In this document: positions 9,385-19,747 of the stretch, one piece after another
Position numbering within the stretch: position 1 is the first letter of the stretch
Layout: every line of letters begins with the position of its first letter
Origin: an uncultured Nitrososphaerota archaeon
GTDB taxonomy: Archaea > Thermoproteota > Nitrososphaeria > Nitrososphaerales > Gagatemarchaeaceae
Assembly: GCA_963749225.1 (NCBI GenBank)
Contig: CAVVLY010000005.1
Location: 95,437 to 159,436, forward strand
Direction: 5' to 3'
Length of the DNA stretch: 64,000 nt
Program-made: the position numbers and the translations under genes
The notes under the pieces: model-generated
Databases searched by the model: none
Told to the model about the DNA's origin: nothing
The model's input: only the letters and a program-made list of their open reading frames with translations

Positions 9385-10445
9385 AACTCCTCGTGGGGAC
9401 GCTCAAGGGTGGGTTCATCTTTGAGGGGGACTCGGCCAGAAGGAACTGGAAGATGCGCGGCCCGTTCTTCGACGGCTTCGAGACCTACGACATGGTGGCC
9501 GACGCTAGCGGCGGAAAGCCAGAGCTCTACGCGGCAGTGAACACCTGGACTTGGGGCCCGGTCATATACAAGAGCAAGGACCAAGGAAAGAGCTGGAAGA
9601 GGTCGGCGAAGAACCCCCGGTTCACGAGGAAGGAGTCCGGGCTGGCCGTCAAGAGGGTCTGGAACCTGCAACCCGACGGGGAAGGCAACATCTACGCTGG
9701 CGTCGAACCGGCCACGCTCTTCGTGAGCAGGAACGGTTCTGGCTCCTGGGAGGAGTTCGAATCTCTGAACTATCACCGCACGAGGGCCAAGTGGACGCCG
9801 GGGGCCGGGGGCCTGTGCCTTCACACCATTGTGATACACCCGAAGGACAAGAAGAAGATACGCGTCGCCATCTCTGCGGTCGGAGTTCTCGGGAGCGACG
9901 ACGCGGGCGAGACTTGGCGGTTCATGAACAACAACATCAGGGCGGACTTCAACCCCGTCAAGTACCCGCGCTATGGCCAGTGCGTCCACAAGATCGACAC
10001 CAACCCAGACTACCCAGACACCCTCTATCTCCAGAACCACGGAGGTGTGTACAGGAGCGAGGATTTTGGGAGAAAGTGGATCGAGATCGGAAAGCACCTG
10101 TCCAGCGACTTCGGGTTCCCCATCGGAGTAAACAAGACAAAGCCCGGCATCGCCTACGTGGTCCCGCTCATCGGTAACGGGAGGTTCGCACCTGATGCCA
10201 GGTTCAGGATGTGGGTCACGAGGGACTCAGGGAAGACGTGGTCCCCCACTGGGAGGGGTCTCCCGAACAAAGCATACTTTGGCGTCCTGAGGGAGGCCAT
10301 GGCCACCGACGCGGAGGAGCCAGGTGGTGTCTACGTCGGCACGACGGACGGCCAGATATACTACACCCGCAACGAGGGGCGCTCCTGGGAGATGATGGCA
10401 GAGAACCTGCCCAGGGTCACCTCGCTCTCGATGTTAGCCGCATAG
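9381..10445 (+). CDS. BNR/Asp-box repeat beta-propeller protein (sialidase-like / Ycf48-like fold)
   Basis: Six Asp-box motifs (SxDxGxxW): 'SKDQGKSW','SRNGSGSW','SDDAGETW','SEDFGRKW','TRDSGKTW','TRNEGRSW'. Confidence 0.8.
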   Translation: MKLLVGTLKGGFIFEGDSARRNWKMRGPFFDGFETYDMVADASGGKPELYAAVNTWTWGPVIYKSKDQGKSWKRSAKNPRFTRKESGLAVKRVWNLQPDGEGNIYAGVEPATLFVSRNGSGSWEEFESLNYHRTRAKWTPGAGGLCLHTIVIHPKDKKKIRVAISAVGVLGSDDAGETWRFMNNNIRADFNPVKYPRYGQCVHKIDTNPDYPDTLYLQNHGGVYRSEDFGRKWIEIGKHLSSDFGFPIGVNKTKPGIAYVVPLIGNGRFAPDARFRMWVTRDSGKTWSPTGRGLPNKAYFGVLREAMATDAEEPGGVYVGTTDGQIYYTRNEGRSWEMMAENLPRVTSLSMLAA

Positions 10446-10513
10446 CCAGGGTTTCGTTCGGCAACTCTCCGTCTCTCGCCTTTTTCTAGGGGGGAACCGC
10501 AACCCTGGCCCAG

Positions 10514-12145
10514 ATGAGACCAATCGTAGATGTCGCCGCGGACCTCGGTATCCCAGCCGGTTCCCTCGAGGTCTACGGGGAATGGAAAGCGAAGCTCGAC
10601 CTGAGTCTGGTCCCGAAACCCTCCGAGCCCCTCCAGGGGAAGCTCGTCCTCATCACCGGGATGACTCCCACTCCCTTCGGCGAGGGGAAGACGGTCACCG
10701 CCATCGGGGTGGGGATGGGCCTCGCCAGGCTCGGCAAGAAGGCGGCGATAAGCGTGCGTCAGCCCTCCCTCGGCCCCACGTTTGGAGTGAAGGGCGGGGC
10801 TGCCGGCGGCGGCATGTGCACGGTAGAGCCGATGCAGGACATCAACCTGGGGTTCACGGGTGACATCGAGGCGATCGGGTCCGCCCACAACCTCCTCGCT
10901 GCAATGGTAGACGACCACATCTTCCACGGCAACGCCCTCGGGATCGATAGCGACGCGATCGCGTGGCCCAGGGTGATGGACATGAACGAGAGGGCGCTGA
11001 GGGCTATACGCGTGGGTCTCGGGGAGACCAAGCAGGGGGTCGAGCACGACAGCTACTTCATGATCACCGCAGCCTCGGAGGTCATGGCGGCTCTGGGGCT
11101 CTCCAGGGACTATGCGGACCTGAAGGCCCGCCTCGGGCGCATCATCGTGGCGACGAACAACCGGGGAGGGCCAGTGACGGCCGCGGACCTCAAAGCGGTA
11201 GGTGCCATGGCCGCGCTCCTGAAGCGGGCCCTGAAACCGAACCTGGTCCAGACGGCAGAGGGGACTCCGGCACTGGTGCACGGCGGACCTTTCGGGAACA
11301 TCGCGCACGGGACCTCTAGCATCGCATCGATACTCCTCGGCCTTAGGCACGCCGACTACACCGTGGTGGAGGCAGGCTTCGCCACCGACCTGGGGGCGGA
11401 GAAGTTCGTCGACATCGTAACGAGGACGACAGGCGTCCCGGTGGACGCCGCGGTGATAGTTGCCACCGTCAAGGCCTTGCGATACCATGGAGGCGTCAAG
11501 AAAGAGGCCCTCGACCAGCCGAACCCGGGAGCCGTCAGCCGCGGGATGGAGAACCTGGCCAAGCACGTCGAGAACGTGCGCCTATACGGCCTGACCCCCG
11601 TCGTGGCGCTGAACAGGTTCCCCTCCGATACCGACGAAGAGGTCGCCCTCGTCTCTGAGTTTTCCCGCTCTGTGAACGCGCCCTTCGCCGTCTCGACGGC
11701 GTTCGCCAATGGAGGGGAAGGTGCCATACGACTTGCGGAGCTCGTCGTCGCGGCTGCCGCGAGGGGCGAAAAGAGCCGGCCGGTCTATGCGCTCGGCGCC
11801 AAGACCGCTGAGAAGATAGAGAAGGTCGTCCGCGAGGTGTACGGAGGCAAGGAGGTCAAGTACGAACCCCGTGCGCTCGACGACCTGGAACTCATATCCA
11901 AGATGGGGCTGGACTCGAACCCCATCTGCGTGGCAAAGACGCCGCTCTCCCTCTCCGACGACGCCGAGAAGCTGGGAAGGCCCCGGGGTTTCACCGTCAC
12001 CGTGCGGAAGATAAGACCAGCCGCCGGAGCCGGCTTCAACGTGGTCTACATGGGCGACATCGTGACCATGCCGGGGCTGCCGAGCCGTCCCCTCGCCGAG
12101 GAGATAGACCTCAGCGATGACGGGACGATCACGGGGCTGAAGTAG
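10514..12145 (+). CDS. fhs: Formate--tetrahydrofolate ligase
   Basis: 543 aa. 'ITGMTPTPFGEGKTVTAIGVGMGL' P-loop and full-length similarity to FTHFS ('VHGGPFGNIAHG'). Confidence 0.93.
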   Translation: MRPIVDVAADLGIPAGSLEVYGEWKAKLDLSLVPKPSEPLQGKLVLITGMTPTPFGEGKTVTAIGVGMGLARLGKKAAISVRQPSLGPTFGVKGGAAGGGMCTVEPMQDINLGFTGDIEAIGSAHNLLAAMVDDHIFHGNALGIDSDAIAWPRVMDMNERALRAIRVGLGETKQGVEHDSYFMITAASEVMAALGLSRDYADLKARLGRIIVATNNRGGPVTAADLKAVGAMAALLKRALKPNLVQTAEGTPALVHGGPFGNIAHGTSSIASILLGLRHADYTVVEAGFATDLGAEKFVDIVTRTTGVPVDAAVIVATVKALRYHGGVKKEALDQPNPGAVSRGMENLAKHVENVRLYGLTPVVALNRFPSDTDEEVALVSEFSRSVNAPFAVSTAFANGGEGAIRLAELVVAAAARGEKSRPVYALGAKTAEKIEKVVREVYGGKEVKYEPRALDDLELISKMGLDSNPICVAKTPLSLSDDAEKLGRPRGFTVTVRKIRPAAGAGFNVVYMGDIVTMPGLPSRPLAEEIDLSDDGTITGLK

Positions 12146-12155
12146 GGTCGCCCGG

Positions 12156-13193
12156 TCAGGGGAACTCGATGGCCTTTCCGGTGGCGGAGGACCTGTTCGC
12201 CGCCTCTACCAGTTCCACGGCTATCCTGCCCTCTTCCCCCGGAGCAGCGGGCTTCCGGTGGTCGAGGACGTCCTCGGCGAACGCCTCCACCTGGGTGTAG
12301 AACGCGACCAGCCTCGCCGGGTGCGCGGGGTCATGGTTGGGGTCGAACGGGGGCTGGGTCCAGACCGTCTCCCACTTGTCCCCCCTGCCCAGCATGAGCT
12401 TCCCGTAGCCGTCGATGTCGATGATTCCCTTGTCCCCGACCACGACGTATCGGTGCCAGGAATCGGGGAGGCTGGGAGGGGGCATCTCGTGACACATCCA
12501 CATCTGTGCCATGACGCCGTTCTTGAACAAGAGCTGGGTCATCGCCGTGACGTTCGGAATCCTCCCGCCCGGGGTGAATGTTGTCACGGTGCTGAAGAGG
12601 CGCTTCACGTCGGAGCCTGAGAGGAACCTCAGGATATCCATGTTGTGGACACCCATGTCGAGCATCGCTCCGCCCTCCTTTGGGTCGAGTATCCAGGCGT
12701 CCTTGGTGTTGTCGTCCATGTAAGCCGTGAAGAGCGACTGTCCCTTGATCATCCTGACGGTCCCGATGGCTCCCTCGTCGATGAGCTGCTTCGCCCGGAG
12801 CGGGGTGCCCCTGAACCGGAGGGTGCGTATCACCTCGAGGTAGACGTTCGCCTTTTTGCACGCCTCGATCATGGCGTCACAGTCCTTGACGGTGGTCGCC
12901 ATGGGTTTCTCGGTGAGCACGTGCTTGCCGTGCTTGGCTGCCTTGAGCGTCTCCTCGAGGTGGGCCGAGTGAGGTGTGGCGAGGATGACAGCGTCCACGT
13001 CCTTGCGCTCCATGAGATAGTCGTAGGAAGGCTCGAACTCGGTATTGAGGTCTGAGGCGAGCTGGGGGCCTCTCTTCCCGCCGCAAACGGCGACCAGTTT
13101 CGCCCGTTTGTTGAACTTGACCAGGCCGTTCCCGTAGGTCCTGCCCATGTAACCCGACCCCACTACCGCGATTCGAAGTTGACTCTCAGCCAT
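12156..13193 (-). CDS. Gfo/Idh/MocA-family NAD(P)-dependent oxidoreductase
   Basis: 'LRIAVVGSGYMGRTYG' Rossmann N-terminus. 'VLTEKPMA' motif typical of the family. Confidence 0.85.
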   Translation of the reverse strand: MAESQLRIAVVGSGYMGRTYGNGLVKFNKRAKLVAVCGGKRGPQLASDLNTEFEPSYDYLMERKDVDAVILATPHSAHLEETLKAAKHGKHVLTEKPMATTVKDCDAMIEACKKANVYLEVIRTLRFRGTPLRAKQLIDEGAIGTVRMIKGQSLFTAYMDDNTKDAWILDPKEGGAMLDMGVHNMDILRFLSGSDVKRLFSTVTTFTPGGRIPNVTAMTQLLFKNGVMAQMWMCHEMPPPSLPDSWHRYVVVGDKGIIDIDGYGKLMLGRGDKWETVWTQPPFDPNHDPAHPARLVAFYTQVEAFAEDVLDHRKPAAPGEEGRIAVELVEAANRSSATGKAIEFP

Positions 13194-13247
13194 TATCGAT
13201 GTACCTCGCGCGCACCGGTCCGGACCCGTCGTATTAAGCTCGCCGAG

Positions 13248-14427
13248 CTACCTCGGGTATCGATACTTCTCGACGATGTCCTTGTTGAGGGTGACCCCGA
13301 GCCCCGGCTTACCCGAGAGGTGTATCTTCCCGTCCGATTCCGGCTGGAGCTTCTCGTTGGTCAGGTCCTTCGCGAGGGGCTGCGGCGAGGTCGGGCATTC
13401 GCAGAAGGGGGCGTTTGGGAGCGCTGCCACCACCTGCAGGTTCGAGGCGAGCCCGACGTATGACTTGTAGCAGTGGGGAATGCATAGCACCCCATGGTCG
13501 TATGCCATGCGCCCTATCCTCATCACCTCTGTTATCCCGCCTGCCCACGTGGTGTCGGGCTGGAGGATGTCGACCTTGCCCCGCCTCATCAGTTCCTCAT
13601 ACATGAAGCGAGTCGTCTGCTCCTCGCCCGCCGCTATCTTCACCGTAGTGGAACTCGAGAGCCTCGCGTAGCCGTCCAAGTTGTCGGCGCTCAGGGGCGC
13701 TTCCAGGAAGTAGGGGTTGTAGGGTTCGATGTTGTGGGCGAACTTGATGGCCTCCTTCGCGTCGTGGTAGTGGTTAGCCGCATCGAGCATCATCTCGATC
13801 TCGTCCCCGAGCTGGTTCCGCGCCAGCTCGACGAACTTCAGCGCCTTCCTGTCGTCTATCCCGATGGGGTGGTTGTGGAACTTCGCCGCCTTGAAGTTGG
13901 ACTTTTTCACCCTGTCGCACTTGTCGATGATCTCTTGCTCGGTCTTCCCGAAGCGGTTGAAGCTCATGTAGGGCGTGGCCGTCCCCTCCCGCCCCACCGA
14001 TCAGCTTGTACACGGGTTGCTTGTAGTACTTGCCGGTGATGTCCCAGAGCGCACAGTCCAGCCCGCTGAGGACGTTTGTGATTATCCCCCTCCTGCCGTA
14101 CATGCCGGACTCCCTGTACATCTTCTCCCAGAGGTACCCCACTTCGAGAGGGTTCTCACCGAGGAGCACCTCCTCCCATGCTCGGAACCATGTGGCCTGT
14201 GGCGGAGAGTTCACTATCCCCTCGACGATGTTTCCGGCCATGTCGACCTCTCCTATCCCGTCTATGCCTTCGTCGGTCTCTATCCTGACTATGACCGCCT
14301 CTTCGTTCCCGTCCCGATAGAACATGTAGTCGCCCGTCCGCTCGAGGTTCGCCGGCACCTCACCCATCTTCTTGACCTCCTCATCCGTGAGGCGGAGCAC
14401 CAGAGCTTCGACTTTGGTGATCTTCAT
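13248..14427 (-). pseudogene. Enolase-superfamily (mandelate racemase/muconate lactonizing enzyme-like) protein; one frame break at a G-run near 13990-13996
   Basis: ORFs 13774..14427 (N-half, 'MKITKVEALVLR...CALWDITGKYYKQPVYKLIGG') and 13248..13997 ('GREGTATPYMSF...') join into one ~390-aa protein collinear with the paralog at 14479..15651. Confidence 0.85.
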
Positions 14428-14478
14428 CGTCCCAACCCCTCATCCCGGCGGCTTAAGACTTGATTCAAGCTCCACTCA

Positions 14479-15651
14479 TCACCAAACGAACCGGTACTTT
14501 TCCACGGTCTCCTTGTTCAGGGTGACCCCGAGCCCCGGCCTTTCGGATAGATGGATCTTCCCGTCCGCCTCGGGGACGATCTTCTCGTTGGTCAGGTTGA
14601 CCGCCAGAGGCAACGGCGACGTGGGGGCTTCGCAATAGGGCGAGTTCGGGAGGGACGCCGAGACGTGGAGGTTCGATGCGAGCCCCACGTATGACTTGTA
14701 GGTGTGCGGTATCAGGAGCCTGCCCATGTCGTTGGCCATTCGGCCCATCCTCATCAGTTCGGTGATCCCGCCCGACCAGTTGGTGTCGGGCTGGAGGATG
14801 TCTATCTTCCCCTTCTCGAGCAACTCGCGGCACATGTAGCGGGTCGTCTGCCCCTCGCCCGCCGCTATCTTCACCGGCGTCGCGTCCGATAGCTTGGCGT
14901 ACCCCTCCAGGTCGTCCTCACTGAGGGCTGCCTCGAAGAAGTAGGGGTTGAACGGCTCGATCCCGTGGGCGAACTTGATGGCCTCCTTCGCGTCGTGGTA
15001 GTGCTCTGCAGCGTCCAGCATCATGTCGATGCCATCGCCCAGCTGGTGCCGCGCAAGCTCCACGAACTTCAGCGCCTTCTTGTCGTCCATCCCGATGGGG
15101 TGGTTGTGGAACTTCACCGCCCTGTAGTTTGAACGTTTCACCTTCTCGCACCTCTCGATTATCTCCTCCTCGGTCTTGCCGAACCTGCTGAAGCTCATGT
15201 AGGGCGTGGCCGTCCCGCCCCGCCCCCGCCGAGGAGCCTGTATACTGGCTGCTTGTCGTACCTTTCCGGCGATGTCCCAGAGGGCGCAGTCGATGCCGCT
15301 CATCACGGTGGTGATGAAACCCCGTCCTCCATACATGCCGGATTCCCTGTACATCCTGTCCCATAGATAGCCGACCTCGAGGGGGTCCTGTCCCACGAGT
15401 ATCTCGTCCCAGGCGCGCCACCAGGTGGACTGCGGGGGAGCGTGAATCACCGATTCTACGACCGTCCCGAGGGTGCTCAACTCGCCGATACCCTCTATCC
15501 CTTCGTCGGTCTCGATCCTGATCAGGGCCGCCTCTTCGTTGCCGTCCCTGTAGTAGAGGTATTCCGTCGTGCTAAACAGATTCGTGGGAACCTTCTTCAT
15601 CTCCGAATCGGGCATTCGGAGCACCATGACCTCGACCTTGGTGATCTTCAT
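14479..15651 (-). CDS. Enolase-superfamily (MR/MLE-like) protein; tandem paralog with a locally scrambled segment
   Basis: 390 aa, highly similar to 13248..14427. The residues 'VRQAASIQAPRRGRG' replace the expected 'YDKQPVYRLLGGGG', which is readable in the +1 frame between ~15260 and ~15215. Confidence 0.85.
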   Translation of the reverse strand: MKITKVEVMVLRMPDSEMKKVPTNLFSTTEYLYYRDGNEEAALIRIETDEGIEGIGELSTLGTVVESVIHAPPQSTWWRAWDEILVGQDPLEVGYLWDRMYRESGMYGGRGFITTVMSGIDCALWDIAGKVRQAASIQAPRRGRGGTATPYMSFSRFGKTEEEIIERCEKVKRSNYRAVKFHNHPIGMDDKKALKFVELARHQLGDGIDMMLDAAEHYHDAKEAIKFAHGIEPFNPYFFEAALSEDDLEGYAKLSDATPVKIAAGEGQTTRYMCRELLEKGKIDILQPDTNWSGGITELMRMGRMANDMGRLLIPHTYKSYVGLASNLHVSASLPNSPYCEAPTSPLPLAVNLTNEKIVPEADGKIHLSERPGLGVTLNKETVEKYRFVW

Positions 15652-15773
15652 TGCCAGTGGGGGCCTTGATAGCGCCTTAAAGCCTTGGAGATTCTGAATG
15701 CGTCCATCGCTTCAGTTCGCCGTCTCGTTCGTGGCCCTTGAGCAGCTTGAATTAGCGGTATGACAGGCGACCG

Positions 15774-16987
15774 GTGCGGGGTCTATTGAAGGTCGTCGTG
15801 ATCGGAGGCGGAGTCACCGGGATGTTCGACGGCGTACTACCTCTTGAAGGACGGCCACAGCGTCACGGTCGTAGACGAGAACTCCCACAACGTGCCGACA
15901 AGCGTCTTCAACGCCGGGCTGATCATGCCCTCTGCGGGCGCCCTCCCCACCATCGGCCTCCCGACGATTCTCGCGCCGTACATCGGGCGGTCCGGTCCGG
16001 TGTACATCTCCCTCGCAGAGGTGTTGAGGAACCTGAAGTGGTTCAGGATCGGGCTGCGAAAGGGGCTTCATGGGTTCGAGGGGCCGCTGACCGCCCTCGG
16101 AGAGTCCAGTCTGGCGCTGTACCTCTGAGTTCTTCGACGAGGTGGGAATGGGCGTGGACCACCAGAAGGGCATCGTCAGCTTGTACCGCGACAAGGAGCA
16201 CGCGAAGCGGGCCGCCGCGATATCGAAGGCCCGGTTCGTCGACGCTGACGAGGTCTCGAGGATGGGGTTCCGGAATATCGGGGGAGGGGTATACCTCGAG
16301 GACGAGAGCTCGGTCAATCCGTTCAAGCTCTTCGACGCGTTGAGAGGCGAGCTCCGGAGGCTTGGTGCTGAATTCGTGCTCGGACGGCGGGCCGAGTTGG
16401 TCTCGACGAAGGGTCGCGTCGCTTCGGTCAAGGCAGGCGACCAGACATTCATGGCAGACCGTTACCTTGTAGCTGCAGGGTCATGGAGCGCGGGCCTTTC
16501 AGAGTCTCTCGGTTACAGAGTTCCGCTGCTCCCCGCCCGCGGCATGGCCATGATCTTCGACACAGGTGGCAAGGAGGTGGTGACCGTCTCGGCCCTCTTG
16601 GAAGACGATGGGGTCGGGGTGACCCAGCACAACGAAACCACCCTCCGGCTCACTAGCTTCTTCGAGATGGTGGGGTTCAAGGGCGAGTTCAGCGAGAAGC
16701 GCCGTCATTGGTTCCTCGATAGGGCCAAGAAATACCTGACCAACTTCGGGGACCTCAAACCCTTGGAGGCGGGCGTGGGATTTCGACCCTGCACACCCGA
16801 CCAGCTCCCCCTGATTGGCGTCATACCGGGCTACGAGAACGCGTTCATCGCCACTGGCAACTGCCGTCTCGGGGTCACTCTCGCCCCAGCATCGGCGAGC
16901 ATCGTCCGCTTCATGATAGAGGGCAAGGCCGAGCCGGGCTCCGGCGAGAAGAGCTGGTCCGCTTTCGACCCGGCACGCTTTCGCTGA
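15774..16987 (+). pseudogene. FAD-dependent oxidoreductase (D-amino acid dehydrogenase DadA-like); two frame breaks (~15820, ~16125)
   Basis: Three ORF pieces in three frames: 'KVVVIGGGVTG' / 'STAYYLLKDGHSVTVVDENS...' / 'EFFDEVGMGVDHQKGIVSLY...LVAAGSWS...IATGNCRLGVTLAP'. Together they form a DAO-family protein. Confidence 0.8.
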
Positions 16988-17062
16988 CCCTCACCTTCTC
17001 CGGGCCGCTGAGAGGGGATTCCCAGCCAAGATTAAATAAACAGTGGCGGCGCGAACACGTCA

Positions 17063-18396
17063 TTGCAGAAGATCGCTATCGTGGGAGCGACGGTAATCGA
17101 TGGCGTCTCACCACGAGCCCTCAAGAACAGGACCATCCTCATCGACGGTGACCGGATAACCGCTCTGACCCAAGGGAAGGGCGCCCCCCAGGGTTACAAG
17201 ACGATCTCTGGCCGGGGCAAGACCATCATCCCAGGGCTGATCGAGATGCACGCCCACGTGGTGACCAAGAATCAAGCAATGGGCAAGGAGGTGGTCACGA
17301 CTTTCCAGTCTGGAGAAGAGAACCGTCGCGTGCTCGCGATGTATCTCGCCCACGGAATAACCTCGGTGAGGGACATGGGTTCGCCGATAGAACGGATCCT
17401 TCTCCTTGCCCGGGAGTTGAGCGAGGGTAGGGTGGTCGGGCCGAGCGTCCTCTTCGCCGGCTCAATGGTGAGCGGGAACAACCCGGAAGAGAGGAATCAG
17501 AGCCTTGTCGCCGAGGACGCCGCCACGGCGGAGCTGGCCGTGAAGACGCTCGCCGACCTCGGAGTGGATTTCATCAAAGTGCACACAACCCTAGAGGAGG
17601 CCCCTCTTGGGCACGTCGTAACCGAAGCCCACGGAGAGGCCTGAGGGTCTTCGGTCACCTCTGGAAGACGGGTGCACTGGAAGCGGTGAAGCTTGGGATC
17701 GACGGGCTCGAGCACGTCGGGTTCATCTTGGACATGTCCTACCTCGACGCGCAGAAGGCCCCGAAGACGCGGAATGACCAGTCCTTGGACTCGCTCGCGA
17801 CGTGGCCCATCGTCGACCTTCGCTCGAAGAAGGTGCAAGGTCTGATCAAGGAGCTGGCGAAACGGAGGACCTTCGTCTGCACGACCCTGACCATCCACAA
17901 ACGACTCCACGGCGTCGAGATCGAGAAGGCGATGAGGGCACCCGGGCTGAAAGGCGTCCCGGTCGAGATAGTCGCCGGGTGGGACCTGATCCGCGACCTC
18001 TGGTGGGGCAGCTGGACGAACGAGAACTTCTGGGAGGCCGCGGAGGGGTTCAGGCGCATGAAGGCGTTCGTCGGCGAGCTCCACCGAGCCGGGGTCCGGT
18101 TAACCGCCGGGACCGATTCGATGGGCCCCTACATCGCGCCTGGAGCGGGGCTCCACGAAGAGCTCAAGCTCCTCGTCGAGTGCGGCCTCACGCCCATGGA
18201 CACGCTGAAGTCCGCGACGAGCGTAGCCGCCGAGGCCCTGGGCGATGGTAGCATCGGAAGGGTCAAGCCAGGGAGCGCGGCTGACCTGGTCATCCTCGAC
18301 GGCGACCCGAGCGAGGAAATCTCCAACGTCCTTCGCATTCACAAGGTCATCAAGGGAGGCGTCGTCCTCGACCCTCATGAGCTGATGAATCGCTGA
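17063..18396 (+). pseudogene. Amidohydrolase family protein (COG1228 imidazolonepropionase/prolidase-like); one frame break near 17628-17632
   Basis: N-part 'IIPGLIEMHAHV...VVTEAH' continues in another frame as 'RRGLRVFGHLWKTGALEAVKLGIDGLEHV...TAGTDS...DLVILDGDP'. Confidence 0.8.
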
Positions 18397-18403
18397 GACA
18401 CGA

Positions 18404-19745
18404 TTAGGAGGCCGCTATCTCTCTGTCCGCTATCGATAGCGACCGGTCGAGGGCGTTCACCCCTTCGTCGACCTCGCTCTCGGTGACTATCAAGGGAGGG
18501 CGCGATGATAAAGTGGCTGAGCCAGTTCATCACGTAGACGCCGTTCGCCATCATCTCTCCGGCGATCTTGTCCAGGGTAGACGGCTTCCAGGCGAGCTTG
18601 TCCTTGGGCTCGTAGAACATCTCCTTGGTCTGCCTGTTCCTCACGAGCTCCACCCCCCAGAACAAGCCAATGCCCCTCACGTCCCCCACGGACTGGTGCT
18701 TTTCCTTGAGCTCCCGCAATCGTCTGCCCAGATATTCGCCCTTCTTCTTGGCCCCGTTGATCAAGTCCAGCCTTTCGTATTCTTTGATCGCAGCGATGGC
18801 AGGCGCAAGCGTGAGTGGGTGTGCCTCGTACGTGTGCCCGTGGGCGAAGTAGTGGTCCTCGAAGTGGTCCGCTATCTCCCTGGTCGTCGCCGTCACACCC
18901 AGGGGAGCGTATGCGCCTGTGATCCCCTTGGCCGTCGTCAGGATGTCCGGCCTGACCTTCCAGTGGTTCACCGCGAACCACTCGCCCGTCCTGCCCCACC
19001 CGGACATGACCTCGTCCGTGATCAAGAGCACCTGGTGCTTGTCCGCGATCTCGCGGAGCCTGGGCATGTAGTCCGGCGGAGGCACGAGGACGCCATTCGT
19101 CCCGACCACCGGTTCCACCATGATCGCAGCGACGTTGCCCTCGTGCCTGAGCATGTAGTCGATGTAGTCCGCTGCAGCCGTAGCCCCGTCCTTGTGGTCC
19201 ACCATGGGCGACCTGTAGGGGTCGGCGTCCGGCGCGAAGATCACGCCGTCCACCTTCCCAGCGGGCTCAACGGTCCAGCGGCGAAAGTCCCCGGTCGCAG
19301 AGATCGAGGCCACGGTCGCGCCGTGGTACGACCGGTACCTGGAGATTATCTTGTACTTGCCCGTATATAGGCGAGCTATCTTTATGGCCGCCTCGTTCGC
19401 TTCCGTCCCAGAGGTCCCGTAGAAGAACTTCTCGAGCCCCTTCGGGAAGATTCCGACTAGCATCTCGCTGAGGTCTGCCCGTACGTCGCAGGTGAAAGCG
19501 GGGCTGATGTAGGGGAGCTTCCTCGCCTGTTCGCATATGGCGTCTATCACGGCCTTGTTCTTGTGTCCCAGGTTCGTGGCAACAAGCTGCGAGGAGAAAT
19601 CAAGGTACTTCTTCCCCGAGATGTCAGAGAAGTAGCACCCTTCGGCGTCGACGACGTGAAGGGGCTTCCACCCCTTTTGGAATCGCCAGGTCCCATATGT
19701 GTGCTTGGTCGTCAGGTCGACGACCCTGTCTTTCGTGTCGAGCAA
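18404..19745 (-). pseudogene. Class III (omega-) aminotransferase; frame break near 18495-18500 alters the last ~35 codons
   Basis: 'TSGTEANEAAIKIAR', 'DEVMSGWGRTG'. After 'HFIIA' the shifted frame reads the expected 'PPLIVTESEVDEGVNALDRSLSIADREIAAS*' (stop at 18404). An extra C lies in 'gcgccctccc'. Confidence 0.85.
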
Positions 19746-19747
19746 AT

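Noticed and set aside
9117-10097. 326-aa ORF on the minus strand
   Set aside because: It is entirely antisense to the well-supported BNR/Asp-box gene. It is Arg/Pro/Val/Gly-rich with no recognisable motifs. Long antisense ORFs of this kind are expected in high-GC DNA.
10361-11566. 401-aa ORF on the minus strand
   Set aside because: It is antisense to formate-THF ligase, which is unambiguous. Its composition is R/G/P/H-rich and not protein-like.
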